NCBI GenBank assembly: GCA_964270895.1
Contig: OZ185439.1
Source of the DNA: Podarcis filfolensis
Taxonomy: Eukaryota
Direction: 5' to 3' (one strand)
Length of the DNA: 64,000 nt
This document shows, one piece after another, positions 14,538-29,696 of this stretch. The notes under the pieces were generated by a model, which saw nothing but the letters and a program-made list of their open reading frames with translations, had not been told where the DNA came from and did not search any database. Position 1 is the stretch's first letter, and each line of letters starts with the position of its first letter. Both the position numbers and the translations under genes were made by a program.

Positions 14538-16306
14538 ACAATTATAAAAAAGAGATAAAACCATTGCAATGATAAAACAAATAGAACTATTTCCAAATAG
14601 AGCAGAATAGTATAAATTCAATAAAAGAGGTGATTCTCACAAAATAAAAGTTACTGGAGTACGAAACACACCCAACTCTTTAATACATTCAGTTCAAATC
14701 AGCTGCCTTCAAACATTCACATTCTCTCCCCCCCTCCACTATGACGCCATACCTACCCATCCACCTACTCCAGGTGAACATACACAAAATCACAAAGCAG
14801 AATATGCACTCTTGCCACATTTTGCCTTCATCATAAGAACTCCCTTCCAGTCTTACCAAAAGCAGAAGGGTGGTGGAGCAGTTTCTGCTTTGTATCCTTT
14901 AAGCTCAATAACCAGATTCAGGTCTCTCCTCCACTGGGGGTGGGAGAGGAGATGAACCCATGGACTTGACCCCCTGTCATGCATCATCTCTCTCAGCATT
15001 TGTACAGTCCCACACGTATTGGGGTCTGAATGTCTGCAACAGGGAACTTTTTCTACCCAAGGAGGCTCCATGCGCAAGTCTAGTAAACTTGAAGAAAGGG
15101 TTTCTAAATCAGGCAGGGATTCTACTAAACAGCAGGCTCCCAGCTGCAAATGTTCAGCACCAACATATGGGGTTTGCAGCAATGCTGGCAGAGATGTGAG
15201 GGAGGTGGTGAGCCAAACGAGTTCACCCTTGCTCTCCCTTTCATGTGACAATAACTGAGGGGGTGGAAAGCAAAGAGCATATGAACAGGGCTATTGAGAT
15301 TGGCACGAGATAGATGTTTAGGTAAAACAAAAGGAGCAGGAAGTTTAACATGCCTTGCACTTTTTATTCCTCTCCACTTCTGACCATGTGAAAGTCATCT
15401 CATGTTTTTCAGACATCAAGGAAATGCAGAAGGTCCACTGAAGAGCTAACTTGTGCACATGAATTTCATCATGAAGTTCCACCCACTCATTCCCGACTAC
15501 TTTTTGGAATCTTATTTGCTCTTCATTGTTCCATCAAATGAACAGGAACAAAAACCACTGTGAAACTAGTGTTCAGCACAACACTAGCTTTCAGTTTTCA
15601 ACGCTAGCTTTCAGTTACCAAAGAGTTAGAATAGGCTGTAATACAGGAGGAATGCAGATCACATTCTGTTGGTAGAGCTGTGCAAGAGTTGCAGTAGATC
15701 AGCAAGGTTTCTGGCTCCAAATTGCTGAACAATAGCAACAACAAAAATATTTGTTTCCCTTCTAACTAAGGCTGCTGTGATGATGAAAGCTGGGGTGGAG
15801 GGAATCAGGAGTGGATTGTGGATTTTGAAGTGGCAGGGCTGTAGACATTCCTGCACTGAGCATCCACTCAAAGGTGCCCTGTTCCTTAATTCTGAGAGCG
15901 TGTTGTCTTTTCCCTAGCCAGTATTCTGCACTTGGCTCCAGTGGAAAAAAACAAAGTAGATCCCAAACGCTTGAAGTCTGCCCACCCCTAGAATGAACTT
16001 AATTAATCTTGTTATTGTAACGTGCCCTAGCAATCAGATGGGCGGGCTGAAAAATAATAACATAAATACATAAATTAATCCACCCAGCATTTGAATCCGA
16101 GAAAAGTACTGTGTAAAAATAAATGATGAATGTTGCTTCTATATTCCTCTCCTTTTAGCCAGAGATGCAAGTTCCTGCAGCTTTTCAAAACAAATTCAAT
16201 ATGGCATCCATCTATCCACTCCACTCTCCCACAGTATCATTTTTATTACACTTGCACAGAATTAACAGACAAGAGTATGTCACATAATAAAAACTGCATT
16301 ATATCA

Positions 16307-16573
<267 letters not shown>

Positions 16574-16909
16574 TTAAGTTACAGATATAGTAACACTTGT
16601 TTCCCTGCAACCCTGATTCCCAAGGCCAGCAACAAAGTAAACCACTGGTCCTTTGTTGTTTAAGCTGTTGTTTAAGCTGTGGGCTCTGCTTCTCATTGAG
16701 TAAACCTCCATGAAAACAAAAGAACATATAACAAAAATTAGGAAACCGCACACATACAGAACGAAGGGAAACTGTATCACAAATAATTTTAAGAAACTTA
16801 TATACCATCAAAAAGTCCTACTGTATGATGTAGTCCAAATGTTACAATTTCAATGTGATGCCTATCAGTCTCTTGTCTGGGAATTCTACCAGTTCAAGCA
16901 ACTTCAGAA

Positions 16910-16911
<2 letters not shown>

Positions 16912-16956
<45 letters not shown>
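16912..16956. repeat. Compound microsatellite (TC)n(TA)n
   Basis: Read directly from the sequence. Confidence 0.95.
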
Positions 16957-16957
<1 letters not shown>

Positions 16958-18059
16958 TGCAGGGAGGTTGTAAAACAGGCCAACCTTGGAAAGCTTTAAT
17001 TTCCTACTGTGGTTCTCCAGCTGCATAAAACTTAAAACCAATTTCCATAAGGAGATGAATATGCCTTGTGTCATATCAGACCATATAACACAGTAACACT
17101 TTAAATTAAAACCTCCTTAATTGCCCATCTCTGCACCTTGAATGCAGATATCTCAGCTGCAAACAACATATCAGAGAATTACTGGCAAGACTTTCATGCG
17201 AAATATTTTTATTTTTTCCAGTGTTCAGTAGTTTAAAAAAATATTATTATATTAATATAATAAACATACAATGGTTTAGATTACTTATACAAGATCACTG
17301 ATAGCACACCAAATAATGGATTAGCTCCATAATTAGTGCTGCATATGTCACTCAGAAGTTATCCTAAATGGTCTTTGTTTATATGCATTCCCTATCATGC
17401 TGGAGGCTTTTGTTTGGGCAAAAGGCATTTGAAGAATTACCTATTTTGTTTACAATGTCAGCCATTATTCAGGCATAAGTATAAATATGTATTTTTAAAA
17501 TTAAGATCCCAGACTAAGTATAGTATATTTGTTTTATTACGGTCAATGACCAGTATCAAGATAAAATTACAAAATTTAAAAGCCCACAATTGTATAAAAT
17601 CCCATACACATAAACATATACTAGATCCCAGAATAAATATCATCATCACCATCATATTTCTATATATTGCCTTTTACAAATGTTTGCACTCTCTCTCTCA
17701 CATGCACATTTTTTAAATGTGTTAGAAGAGACTAGGTCAGGTCCTGTCATTTGTTTACCTAAGGCATTTATGCTACAGTTGCCTTTCAGTAACTTTTAGC
17801 CAACCAAACGAAAGCATGTAGACTTCCCTGTGGATCAAATCAAGAGTTGAGGAATAAACAATTGTACCAAGACTTTGACTTGCTTGTAAATACCTGCTGC
17901 TAAAGATAAATAGGCTGTCAAAGGCACTGATTTATACCGAAAACTGCTGAAGCCTGAGGTGAACAAAATGAACTTTGGCCTTCTACAGTTAGAGAGTTTG
18001 GACGCCACAAAAGAAACATTATTCACAGAACCTGCCACCTCGCTCAATACTCCCTTTCA

Positions 18060-18212
<153 letters not shown>

Positions 18213-20365
18213 TTAGCGCCTGGCATCTGATGAGGAGATGAAGTCAGTGAAACTCAAGAGCGAAAAATAAAATAATCTTTCAGCAGACCACTTTTGACCA
18301 GAGCATTTGTTGTAAAGAACTAACAAGGGTCTTACTAGATTTCAGGGCTTGTGCACGCGCCTCTTGCGAGTTTTCTGAGGAACAAATTCTGCGTGTGCGC
18401 ACTTATCACTTACATGACAAACCCTCTTCATGTACTTGCAGAAAAAGGAGCTGCAATTCCCAGAGTATTTTAGCGATCAATCTGTCTTTACAGGGAACTT
18501 TGGGATCTCCTAACAATTCTCAGCACCTTTAGCAAACTACAGTTCACAGGATACTTTGTGGGAAGCCCTGATTGTTAACATGGTACGATTTGTATGGTGT
18601 GGATGTGGCCTTGTTTAATTCCTTTTCCAGAAAGGCCACAAAGTGACAAGGAAGCTTAATTAGAGAGGCTTCTCTTTTCTACCAACTTTGGGGAGTGCTT
18701 CATATGAACCACCACAGAGCATGTGAAGAGTATCTTTTTCTTCACTGCTAAGTAATCACAACTAGCCCCTGTATTTGCATCTGCAACTAGATAGAAGGGC
18801 TTCCATGGCTGTGTAAGAAAATAAGGCCTATTCATTATTCCCAACATATCTAGACACAAAGTGTTGTAAACTTTACAACAATGGTACTAGAATTTCCTCA
18901 CCCTCTTGATACTAATGGCCAAAGAACTTCCTGTACGAATGAAGGCAGAAAACCTTTATATTGATACAGTGAATCATTATTTGTGACGTTACATTTTACC
19001 ACTGTGAATTCAGAGAGATTTCTGAATTGTTTGTCAATGTTGCAAAGGTGATCCAACTGTCTTATTTAATTGTAAAAGGTGCCCTCCCTAGAGCAAGAAT
19101 TTATCTTGAAATGAATCGGGGATAAGTGATCCTGTTTTTCATATGCAGTTTTGTTTGTTTGTTTTCTTTGCTATTTGCTTTGCATTTTTGACTATTGTTT
19201 TTTTCAGTTTTCCACAGCAGACAGATAGAAATTATTGTTGTTAAAAATCTACAATTAGAAATTAAGCACAGACCATATGTTAAACTAACAGCAGAGCCTC
19301 TACTGCCTACCTCTTCCACTAGTTCTGGCAATGTGTCTGGTGCAAGAGGAGTCCACTGTATTCTCTCCTGGAGAAAATTAAGTGGGCTTGGCAAAATGCC
19401 ATGATTAAAAATCAAATGGGATGAGTTTAAATAGGGGCTTTTAATTGAAAAAAGCTCTCAGTTTAATCATGCTAATGTAAATGTATACACTGGGCTATAT
19501 CTGTTATGAAAATCGCATGCTACTTTGACAATACACAAAGACCAAAGAGTTGTATGTTTTGTGCTGAGATCATGCTGCATCCCCCCCCCCCCGAAACCAA
19601 AATTGAATTTAAGATCTTGGCAGAAAGCAAACATTTGCATTGGAAAATGGTTAATTTATGTGCTCTTGTGCTTCTAATATGAACACAACAATTCTGTCAT
19701 TGTGTTTCTGCGGACCCCAAGCTAATAAACTGCTCTTAAAGAGCCTTCTTTCATTACAAACCCTCTCCACCCACATTTATGCCGAATGCTGTTTTCAAAC
19801 GTTTAATGCTCTAAGATTTTCCGCATTAATGTTTCCCCTAAGGGAAAGGGCTGACAGAATTATATAGACAGACCCCCACTGTTGACTAGAATCTTGCAGG
19901 TGGCAAGTGAAAGGCATGGCACCATCTTTCATCCACATAATTAAGACTATTTCCATAAATACACATAAAAGATTTTTTCCCTATTTTTTTTAATCAACAG
20001 GTAACATTTCAAAAAAGTGGTTTTAAGTTTTCAAACAGTAGCACAGTTTCTAAAATGTTTCTATTTTTTCCTGTAAATTCAACAATAATTAAAATTAATT
20101 CTAGTTTTAATGTGTGTCCTGTTTCATTTCAATATTATAAGCTTAGCATACACCAGGCACTAAAGAGCAGAGGTTGTATCCAACAGTGTTGTTCAGCTGA
20201 CAGTAAGCTTGTCCAGGGCAATAGTTTTCAGTGATTCTTCCTCTCCCCTACGACCCCCAGTATCCCTCCAAATACATTCTGGAGGGTGCCCCCAGGCCTG
20301 TGGAACTGATTTAGAGAAGACTGAAAGGGAAATGGGGAATTACTGGAAATGGCTTCCCTCTACAT

Positions 20366-20472
20366 CAGGCATAGGCTAACCCATCCCTCCAGATGTTTTG
20401 GGACTACAACTCCCATCATCCCTAGCTAAAACGACCCAATGGTCAGGCATGATGGGAGTTTGCCTATGCCTG
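20366..20472. mobile_element. hAT-type MITE with TIRs and 8-bp TSD
   Basis: Ends caggcataggctaa... and ...tttgcctatgcctg; flanks CTCTACAT / CTATACAT (7 of 8 match); internal gactacaactcccatcatccc motif. Confidence 0.8.
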
Positions 20473-21213
20473 CTATACATTCTTTGAACAGAAACTGTAC
20501 TGTCAACTGAGCGCTACTGTTGAATACAACTCCATATCAGCTCCTGGTGGCAGTGGGGAAAGCTTTGCTCATGTTGCTTGAAAGCCCCTTAGCCCTCTTG
20601 ATGCACCATCATGTTAGTCCTATTGATACACCACAGATGGCATTCCAAAAGCGAAAGGTAGCACATGACACATAGGATGCATAAGAGAATCCACAAAATA
20701 TCAGTTTGTATTATTAAAAAAAGAATAATTTTTTTAGTCTGTCATGGCTGCTGGAAGTACCAGTCTGGAGGGAAAAGGAAGTCAATATGATGGGCTGCAA
20801 ATTTTGTCCACTGATTTCTGGGAATTAATTTAATGTTTCTTTGTCCATTTTTCAACCGAACAACATTTTGTTGAACAATAAATAATGGAGATAGCATTCA
20901 AACGAGAAGAAACATATATACTTCTCCATTAAGGCATTCTCTTTCTTTTGGCTGTTTTATACAAATATGCAGGCAGGAAGCTGATAATAAAGATAGAATC
21001 TCCTCAAGGAATACTATGTTCTTCAGAGGAAAGTCTTAAATATATATAATTTGCCTAGGCCCCACTACTATGGTTTGCCTTAGCATCAGCAAACGCAAAT
21101 GACACAAGTGGAAGAACTGTAAATGAAAAGAGCATGAGAAGCATGGACTGAGGTCTCCTTGCTCCACAGTTACCAGAGCTATTGAAATACCATAAATGGC
21201 AAAATTTTGCTTA

Positions 21214-21369
<156 letters not shown>

Positions 21370-24300
21370 TTATGAGAATACAAGATGCAAAACGAAGATG
21401 TAATCTTGGTCCAATTACTGCAAACTGGCAATAGAGAGCAACCAAGCCAGGTTATAAATGGCACTCAGCTACTGAAACGCTCACTAAGGCACTGCACATG
21501 AACATGACTTCAGGGTTCCAATCAGTTTTGCCTTACTTCTGCTAACTGGGTACATATTAAGATGAGTTATGGCTACAAACCCAAACTTTTAATATTCTGA
21601 TATAATTGGATAACTACATTACTGTCACTGTTTGTTCCTCTCTCACTCTGCAAGTGAATATTTTTTTAAGAGAGCGCTCTTTCTCTCTTGCTCTCTCTTT
21701 ATGGTAACTTTTCTCTTAAAAAATTAAGCATAACTAGAAGTGGTTTTCTATCCATATGTGTTTTTAAAATTTGAAGCAAGCTTATTATGTTCATCAGTAC
21801 ATACAAGGAACTTGTCATGACTTGAGTGACTCAGCCAAAACAGTGTTGTTACTATGTTGCTAAAAAGCACTTGAATTATCCTAGGTATCCAAATATTATT
21901 TTCCTATTTAACAGCAAACAAAATATCTGTTCAGATCTTGATGTATCTACTTAGTAAACTTTTAATCCAGACAGCCAGGGAAAGTTATAGCACCTCTCCA
22001 ATACTACTACTTGAATAATAAGAGTCTGTCAAATCCTAACAAAATTTAAATTTCCACTACTCTACAGATCAAAATGACAACAGGCCAATATGAATACGAA
22101 GTTCTCACATAATTTTTGGAAGTTCCTTAGGAACTATTGGACTCTCTAATGATGGACACCAATATCTTTTTCTATATCACCAATAGTACTGATAAGAGTG
22201 TTCTTGGTCAATGTTACAGATAGGTGTGTTTGCAGTCAGTAAACAGCAGCCACTTTTGAATGATCGCAGCTCCCCTTAGTAAGCTGAGATATGCCTGAGA
22301 GCTAGCACCTGCAGGCAGTGCCTTTGCTTCCCCATTTATCTGAGTGACCAAGGAAGCCACAGTAAGCTTCTGCTTACATCCAAAAAGGGAACTATGGTTA
22401 ATAGATTCCAACAAGTCAGGAACTGGAAGTTCATATCAACTCTGGCTTCCTGCCTTGTTTCACCACTTCTGTGAAAGGAAGAGTGAAACTGGAACAAAGG
22501 GGGCTGTGTGCTGGTGCATGAAGCTCATGCATATATCAGCTGATTAAGCCGAGATCTGACTGTTGGAATATGGTCACTGTTTGCAAAGTATCAGAAGAGG
22601 AAAAATGTTTCTATGGTGTCTGGCATCCAAATAGTTCAGATCTTCACAGCCGGATTAAAAACTCCAGTATGAATTGTGTCCAGAGGGCTAAAAGAAAATA
22701 CTGCATGGATGAAGACTGCTCATGTCCGATTCAAACATGAAAGTGGCAGGGTGTTTGCAGAAACAAAACAATTCCATAGGGTCAAGATTCCTGGATGCTA
22801 TTTTAATAGGTTTTTCCCAAGGATCAGCAGGATGGCACAGCAGTGTCCAACCAGCCCCAGGCATGGAGGCAGATGTAGAGACTTACAATGCAATCCCATC
22901 AATCTCCATAGAGCTGGTGGCACACCGGCCATCTGAAAGCCTTGGCAGTAACATTCATCCCAATGACATAACATATGGCCATAATGATACACACTAGAAA
23001 TATGCAAGCCTACAGAGAGTGTACAAGTACAGGGCACATGCAGCACACTCTAAGAGGCACAAACAACAGTCAGCATGCCTGAACCTGCATGAGGTCACCA
23101 CAACCTCCCCATTAGTTGTAGAAAGACAAAACAAACAGTTCCCTGCTCACTGTTGCAACATGCAATTCCATTTGCAATAGGTTCAGGAACACCTCAAATC
23201 TGAAACTAGAAAAAGGGCGCCAGGGAGGCTGAGCATTTGCTATCCTGGTGTCTCTACTCCCCCCCCCCCCCACTTGTAAGCCTTCAGTTGCTGATCACTG
23301 CTTCAATATTTGTCTGGGTGCAGTTTCAGCTGGGTCACCTACGCCTACTGCAGTCATTTCGCAAAAGAGCACATTGAATGTGCAATGCAGTTCCGAAACT
23401 GAAGTGGCTTCATAATACTTACCACTTAACAACACTGGACAAAGGAACTTTGTTTTCATAAACACTGTTGGAATAAGACCAAGCAATGATGCCACTTAAT
23501 ACATGGAAGTGCCATTCCATGCAACACAATCTGGTGGTTGATAATTCTGAAATGAATAGGCTTTTTCCTCCTCTACCTCTTCCTTCCAGATGGATGTTGA
23601 AATGTTTTGCAGCCCATAGCCTACTATCTTGTTAGAAGGATAGATGGACGTTCTCGTGCCAAACGTTTTCTTTATCACTTGACAAGAAGTACTTGAAGAG
23701 CAGGTGATTACAACGTCCCAACCCAAACTAGAAACTGCACATCTTTTAACACAAGATACCTGACCTTAATCATGATATAACATTTTATTAAGACTTTGCA
23801 TGCAAGTTATTTTATCAATTTCTACATGTTTTAAAAGCACCTTGAAGAGTTTCAAACTTGCTCCAAACACCAGAGTAACAAATGAAGTTATTTTCAATAA
23901 AACTGTGCTAGAAAAAGGAAAATATCACCTCCTATATATTTTTGGAATCTTCTATTCACTGTGACTTAGAACCTGCTGACCTGGTACAACATCGCTTTCT
24001 GAATGGCTGCAATGACACGCCAAAAACCAATCTAGCCTGAATTCAAACATCTACAGCTTAAGTAAACAATGTAAACATGCTTACTCAACATGCTACAATG
24101 GCTAGCATGCTACAATGGACAGGATGGCTAACTGGCTCCAAATTTTTTATTTTCTGAAATCTTTCCATTTATTTTAATTTCATTTTGAACTGTATTGAGA
24201 TCTCACCATGAAGTCTCAAGAGAAAGGGCAGATTATGAAGAAATTGGTAGAGAAATGCAAATAGATACATAACCTCGGTGTAAACTCCTGTGAGAAAGGA

Positions 24301-24542
24301 GAGCACTGAGCATGGTGGAAAGGCCTGGTTTGCATGCCATGCTAAACCATAGTTTAAAACAAACTATTATTTAATGTGAACAATCCAAGGTTGGTGCTGG
24401 GCTTACTGCTGATGATTTGTTTGCACGAAAAACAAGCCAAGAACCCGAGCTTGGACTACATGACAAGTCACACTGACATGTTTTGTCTGCAGTGTGGCAG
24501 CAACAGGACTATAGGAGGAGCATTGCGTAAACTTTGGGCCAG

Positions 24543-24815
24543 TGTAAGAAAGGCCCTGCTGGATCAGGCCAGCCTACACCAACATCCTATACTCACAGTG
24601 GCCGACCATACACCAATGGGAAGTCCACAAGTAGGAACTGAATGCAACAGCACTGTTCCCACCTCTGCTTCCTAGCAACTGGTATTTAAAGGCATATGGC
24701 TTCCAACAATGGCGACAGTTCGCACCCATGATGACTGGCAGCCACTGATCCTCCATGAATTGGCAGTCTCAATCTCCGATGCATTTCCCTAATCTTATTT
24801 CAAAACCATCTTTTA
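24543..24815 (-). mobile_element. CR1 LINE 3' end relic
   Basis: cctgctggatcaggcc...ctcacagtggcc...cagcaactggtatt...cctccatgaatt resembles the reverse complement of squamate CR1 3' ends as I recall them. Confidence 0.7.
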
Positions 24816-26303
24816 AAACCACCCCTTCCATAATTTATCTAACAACATGTCAACACACTTCTCATCCACATTAAACCAGTTTTTTTTTATATACTATGTG
24901 ATGTGCCAAACTGTGCCAAACTGTAGTTGTTGCCCTTACGACACTACAAAATTGCTTGGGAATTTTTTAATGTGAATCCAAACCTGGCAGAAATTCAGTA
25001 TAGCACTAACTTGGCCAAAATCAGTCCAACCCAACTCTATGTTGAGTGAGAGAATAGGCAATCTGGACTACTACAGAATGATGTTAGACAGCCTGCCCAA
25101 AGCCAGACGCTGTTTTTCAGAGTACTGAACTATGACTGTTTTTAAAGTAAATATAGATTCCTTACATGGTGCATCATACATATTGGGAAATGATCTGAAA
25201 TCTGCTCATTTCACCACTCACATATCAATTCACCAACATTTATCTCAAAGGTCATATCATTTGTTTTCCTAGACAGAGAAGAGTGGTGTGCAGTTTTGCT
25301 GGGGAAAGCCTGTTTAAACTTTAAATCCATAGCTGCACTGTGTTGCACATGATGACGTTACAGGAAAAGCTTGAAGGAACACTTTGCCAATTCATTCTAT
25401 GTTTGCGGGAAGGGGAGCAAACTCACCAGTAAGTGTAACATCAAACAAGTCCTCAGCATAAATACCAAGACTGCGTACAAAAAAAATGACTCCATTCTAG
25501 AAGAAATATTTAGCATTAGCTATTTTTTTAAAAAAGGATCGGGCCAGTCTCAAAGGTAATGTATTTTTGATTGATTCATTGGAGCAGAGCATGATATTAT
25601 GGAAGCTGAAGGACTATTAAAAAAAATTGTCCATTGGAAAAAGAAGAGTATAGCAGCACAAGTTGGCCCAGGATCTAGGAAGGCCTTCTGGGACCAGCCC
25701 ACACTTTTAAAAGCCTTGTTCTTCCACTGAGAAATAAAAAAGGAAAATGCTTGGACATTTTCACTTTCTATAGGTTATTTCATTTTACACAGATTTGCTT
25801 CTTAGAGCCTTTTTTCAACTCAAGTTAGAGTTGCACTCCGTCAAAGCCAACCTTCTGCAGGACTCAGTGGTGGATGGGACCAGGGTGAAATTCTACTGAG
25901 AGGTCTCACATGGTAGAAGGTGCTCCTTCAGATCATTTCAGGCCTCTGGATTAAAATAAGAATATTTAAAGGAGGAAAAACATGTCTACAACCCCAAGTT
26001 GAACATCAATGTTTAATATCAGACTACCAGTATCAGTTCTTCCTTCCTGATTCGTCCATTATTTAACTCTCACCACACCAGAGTACATGGCAAAAGGGAT
26101 GTGGGGGAATGTGAAAGCTAGGGAAAGTAAAATGAAGGAAAAGCACACTGGGCTTTATGTGCAAACCTCATACATACAAAACCTACAACACCATGCTCAG
26201 GGCTTCAGCCATTCAAGCAGAAGGAACAACCCCATGGCTCCTTAAACTAAACCACCATATTTTAGAGATCTTCACCTCACATTCTTAGGAGACGTTGTTT
26301 CCA

Positions 26304-26304
<1 letters not shown>

Positions 26305-26348
<44 letters not shown>
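26305..26348. repeat. (AC)22 microsatellite, (UG)n in the FGFR2 pre-mRNA
   Basis: Read directly; ends 13 bp before the MITE at 26362. Confidence 0.95.
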
Positions 26349-26352
<4 letters not shown>

Positions 26353-26361
26353 AGTTATATA

Positions 26362-26592
26362 CAGTGGTACCTCAGGTTAAGTACTTAATTCCTTCCGGAG
26401 GTCCGTTTGTAACCTGAAACTGTTCTTAACCTGAGGCACCACTTTAGCTAATGGGGCCTCCCGCTGCCGCCGTGCAATTTCTGTTCTCATCCTGAAGCAA
26501 AGTTCTTAACCCGAGGTACTATTTCTGGGTTAGCGGAGTCTGTAACCTGAAGCGTATGTAACCTGAAGCGTATGTAACCTGAGGTACCACTG
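26362..26592 (-). mobile_element. Tc1/mariner-type MITE, copy 1 (opposite orientation to copies 2-4)
   Basis: TIR CAGTGGTACCTCAGGTTA...TAACCTGAGGTACCACTG with TA on both sides. Confidence 0.92.
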
Positions 26593-26686
26593 TAGTGATG
26601 TTGTCATTTTAACTTTATTAGAACAGTTATAGAAATGTGCAGCTCTGCCTGAAAATGTATAATTGCAACATAACATCCTAAAACTA

Positions 26687-26920
26687 CAGTGGTACCTCGG
26701 GTTACATACGCTTCAGGTTACATACGCTTCAGGTTACAGACTCCGCTAACCCAGAAATAGTACCTCGGGTTAAGAACTTTGCTTCAGGATGAGAACAGAA
26801 ATCGCGCGGCGGTGGCAGCAAGAGGCCCCATTAGCTAAAGTGGTGCTTCAGGTTAAGAACAGTTTCAGGTTAAGAACGGACCTCCGGAAGGAATTAAGTA
26901 CTTAACCTGAGGTACCTCTG
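26687..26920 (+). mobile_element. Tc1/mariner-type MITE, copy 2
   Basis: Same TIR and TA TSD; about 95% identical to the reverse complement of copy 1 by manual alignment. Confidence 0.92.
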
Positions 26921-28975
26921 TACTCAAATCTGTAAAAAAAAAATATTACTAATCCGTTGGAAGACAGATTTCTTTTAATATGACGTTTCAACTTCAGTGA
27001 GGCCCACAAAGCCCATGGTTGCCTTTGCCAGCCTGGTGTCTTGAAGCTGTTTTAGATGACAACTCCCGTTAGCCTCAGCCTTATGGAGGGTGCCTTATGA
27101 CACTCAGTATACCTGAAATTCCCATACCACAAACTGTGATTTTGGAAAGTTTGATGCTTAATCCTATACATGTTTACTGACAACTAATGCTACGTCCCAT
27201 GAACGCATTTCCAGGTAAGTAGGCATAGGACTGCGACTTATATCCTTTTGAGAAACCTGAAAGGTGATCTCTCTGTGTTATGGCATCACTTCTTGCAAGC
27301 CCCCAAGTGTACACAAATAATTTCCTTTGGGACTCTGCTTCTCAGCTTTAAAAAGTAAGAGTGCCATCAACCTTCTCTACAACTTCCAAGTCACCTAAAC
27401 TAACTGATCCGTAAATCCTGTTCAAAGGTAATCAGGTTATTTACTCCTAATGCTACAGAGCACAAAAGTATGGAAGAACACCCTCTGCAACTTTTTATTT
27501 GACTGAACTGATATATAGGTTACTGCCAACTCTTTTAAAGGTTTTTAAAAAGGAAAAGAAACAAGTCTCAAAAATACAACCAAGGCTTGCGGGGACTCAG
27601 TGCACTGCAACAAAAAAATAGGCCTATTCAACTAATCCAGGAACACACGCCTGTTAAACAAAACACCCTCTGTTTTTCTAACTCCTTCAGATTTACAGCA
27701 AATGTATGAAACCCTAACCTTTAATGTACAGAAACTAAACAGTTACTTCTGAAAATCTAAGTACATTAGTCTTTGCCTCTGGAAACCATGATTTCTCTAA
27801 CTGCTGCTGTTGGCAGAGAGCATTACTTCAGTGCAAAAATGTGTTGAGAACTATGAAAATAGAAACACATTTCCTTGCAATGCTTACAGCAGATACTTTC
27901 ACAATCCAAAACTTAGGAGTGGCTGCACCTGAAAACATGGAATGGAATAAACTTGGAACAACATACAGAAGCATTTCTAAAACTATAAGTTGATACCAGA
28001 AAAGTATTCGGTTGGGGAGTATTTCCTTTACATGGGTAAAAAGGTAAGAAAACTGAAATGTCAGCTACTTAACAAAACCAGAACATGAACAACAGTGCAT
28101 CAAGTTTACCATAAACGTGCAGAATACAATGTTTTAAAGGTGGTTTATAGAGGAGTTTCATTGTGCAACTGCATGACAAATGATGGCAGTGAAGTCTGCT
28201 GTTGGCGAAGGAAGAGACAATTGATGAAAGAGTATTTAACAAACCAACAGACTGGGATAACTGCCCTTTGGAAAATGGTGAGTTTATGACAATCCATGGT
28301 CTGACCACTGACAGATGGATTATATACCAATGGTATTTTCTCTGTCATCACCACATGATCAGGTCATCTTGCTGCTTTCATTCCAGTCACAGCCCAATAA
28401 TCTCCTTTTATTCCAGAGCTGATACAAATAGCCTATTCTAAGTGGGCTTAGACTGAAAGCTCTCTTTAGTAGAGAATACAACATTCAAATTTTCCTGGCA
28501 TACGTTGTTTGTGCAAATGCATGCACGTGTACATGGCACCCACACACAAAGTTTAGTACTCCATAAGAGTAGATGAAATAAGTGTCTCTCGTACAATTGC
28601 TTAAAGCATTTTAATTCTACAAGTGGATTAAGTCGGCTCCCTGCAAGACTTTGGCCACACTGCCAGCTACATAGAGGCAACTGAGAAGCCTTTGAGTCTA
28701 AATTCTAAGACTCTTAATTTAAGCAGAATTAAGTCAGAGAATAATTGCCCTATGCCATGGGATTTCAAGTGACACCTTGTGGGCGCAAATTAATTGGACA
28801 ACTTTCCAGGGGCAGATACACATTGGCCTGGTTCACATATAAAGTACATGAACCTTAGGTTCATCCACTCCCTTTTCTGCTCCTCTCTAGCCACAAGGAA
28901 CACAGAAGCACCTGCTTCCATTTTCACCTAACCATAGTTTGTTGTTCGCTTCCAGTTGAGAACTATGATTAGTGT

Positions 28976-29047
28976 TAACTGTAGTTTATTGAAACAAGCC
29001 AATTTTACTGGTAAACGATCCTGGCTTGCTTCAATAAACTATAGTTA
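28976..29047. repeat. Inverted repeat with 26-bp arms (24/26 match) and a 20-nt loop, probably the centre of an old palindromic DNA-transposon relic
   Basis: taactgtagtttattgaaacaagcca / tggcttgcttcaataaactatagtta. Confidence 0.75.
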
Positions 29048-29206
29048 GCAGTAACCACAGCATGGCATATGGCACAGAGAGCTGTAATAAGTAGGAGAGA
29101 TCAGCACAAAACAGGAATGTCACCTTGCATAATCAGAAATTTCCACTAGTGCAAAACTACAACGGCATGCAAGCCTTAGCATTTACGTGTATCTAAACTA
29201 TAACCA

Positions 29207-29556
29207 GGGATGCGGGTGGCACTGTGAGTTAAATCACATAGCCTAGGACTTGCTGATCAGAAGGTCGGTGGTTCAAATCCCCGTGACGGGGTGAGCTCTC
29301 GTTGCTCGGTCCCTGCTCCTGTCAACCTAGCAGTTCAAAAGCACGTCAAAGTGCAAGTAGATAAATAGGTACCGCTCTGGCGGGAAGGTAAACGGCGTTT
29401 CCATGCGCTGCTCTGGTTCGCCAGAAGCGGCTTAGTCATGCTGGCCACATGACCCAGAAGCTGTACGCTGGCTCCCTTGGCCAATAAAGCGAGATGAGCG
29501 CTGCAACCCCAGAGTCAGCTACGACTGGACCTAATGGTCAGGGGTCCCTTTACCTT
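29207..29556 (+). mobile_element. Full-length Sauria SINE with 12-bp TSD
   Basis: Head GGGATGCGGGTGGCACTGTG, box-B-like GGTTCAAATCC, body AAAGTGCAAGTAGATAAATAGGTACC, tail CCTTTACCTTT. TSD TAAACTATAACC at 29194-29205 and 29557-29568. Confidence 0.92.
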
Positions 29557-29696
29557 TAAACTATAACCGATACATATCTCTTTTTCTCAGCTGGGTTGAG
29601 GAATCAATCATAGAAGGAAACAGGTCCATTCAGTCTAGCCTACTCCTACTTGGCATGGCCAGCAGTTTTTGTTTCCCTGTTCAAACCACTCTACCT

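Noticed and set aside
14853-15251. 132-aa minus-strand intronic ORF
   Set aside because: No recognisable homology or coding signature.
26362-26920. Internal 16-bp repeats (GGTTACATACGCTTCA) as a CRISPR-like array
   Set aside because: Eukaryotic DNA; the repeats are head-to-tail subterminal repeats of a MITE with no spacers.
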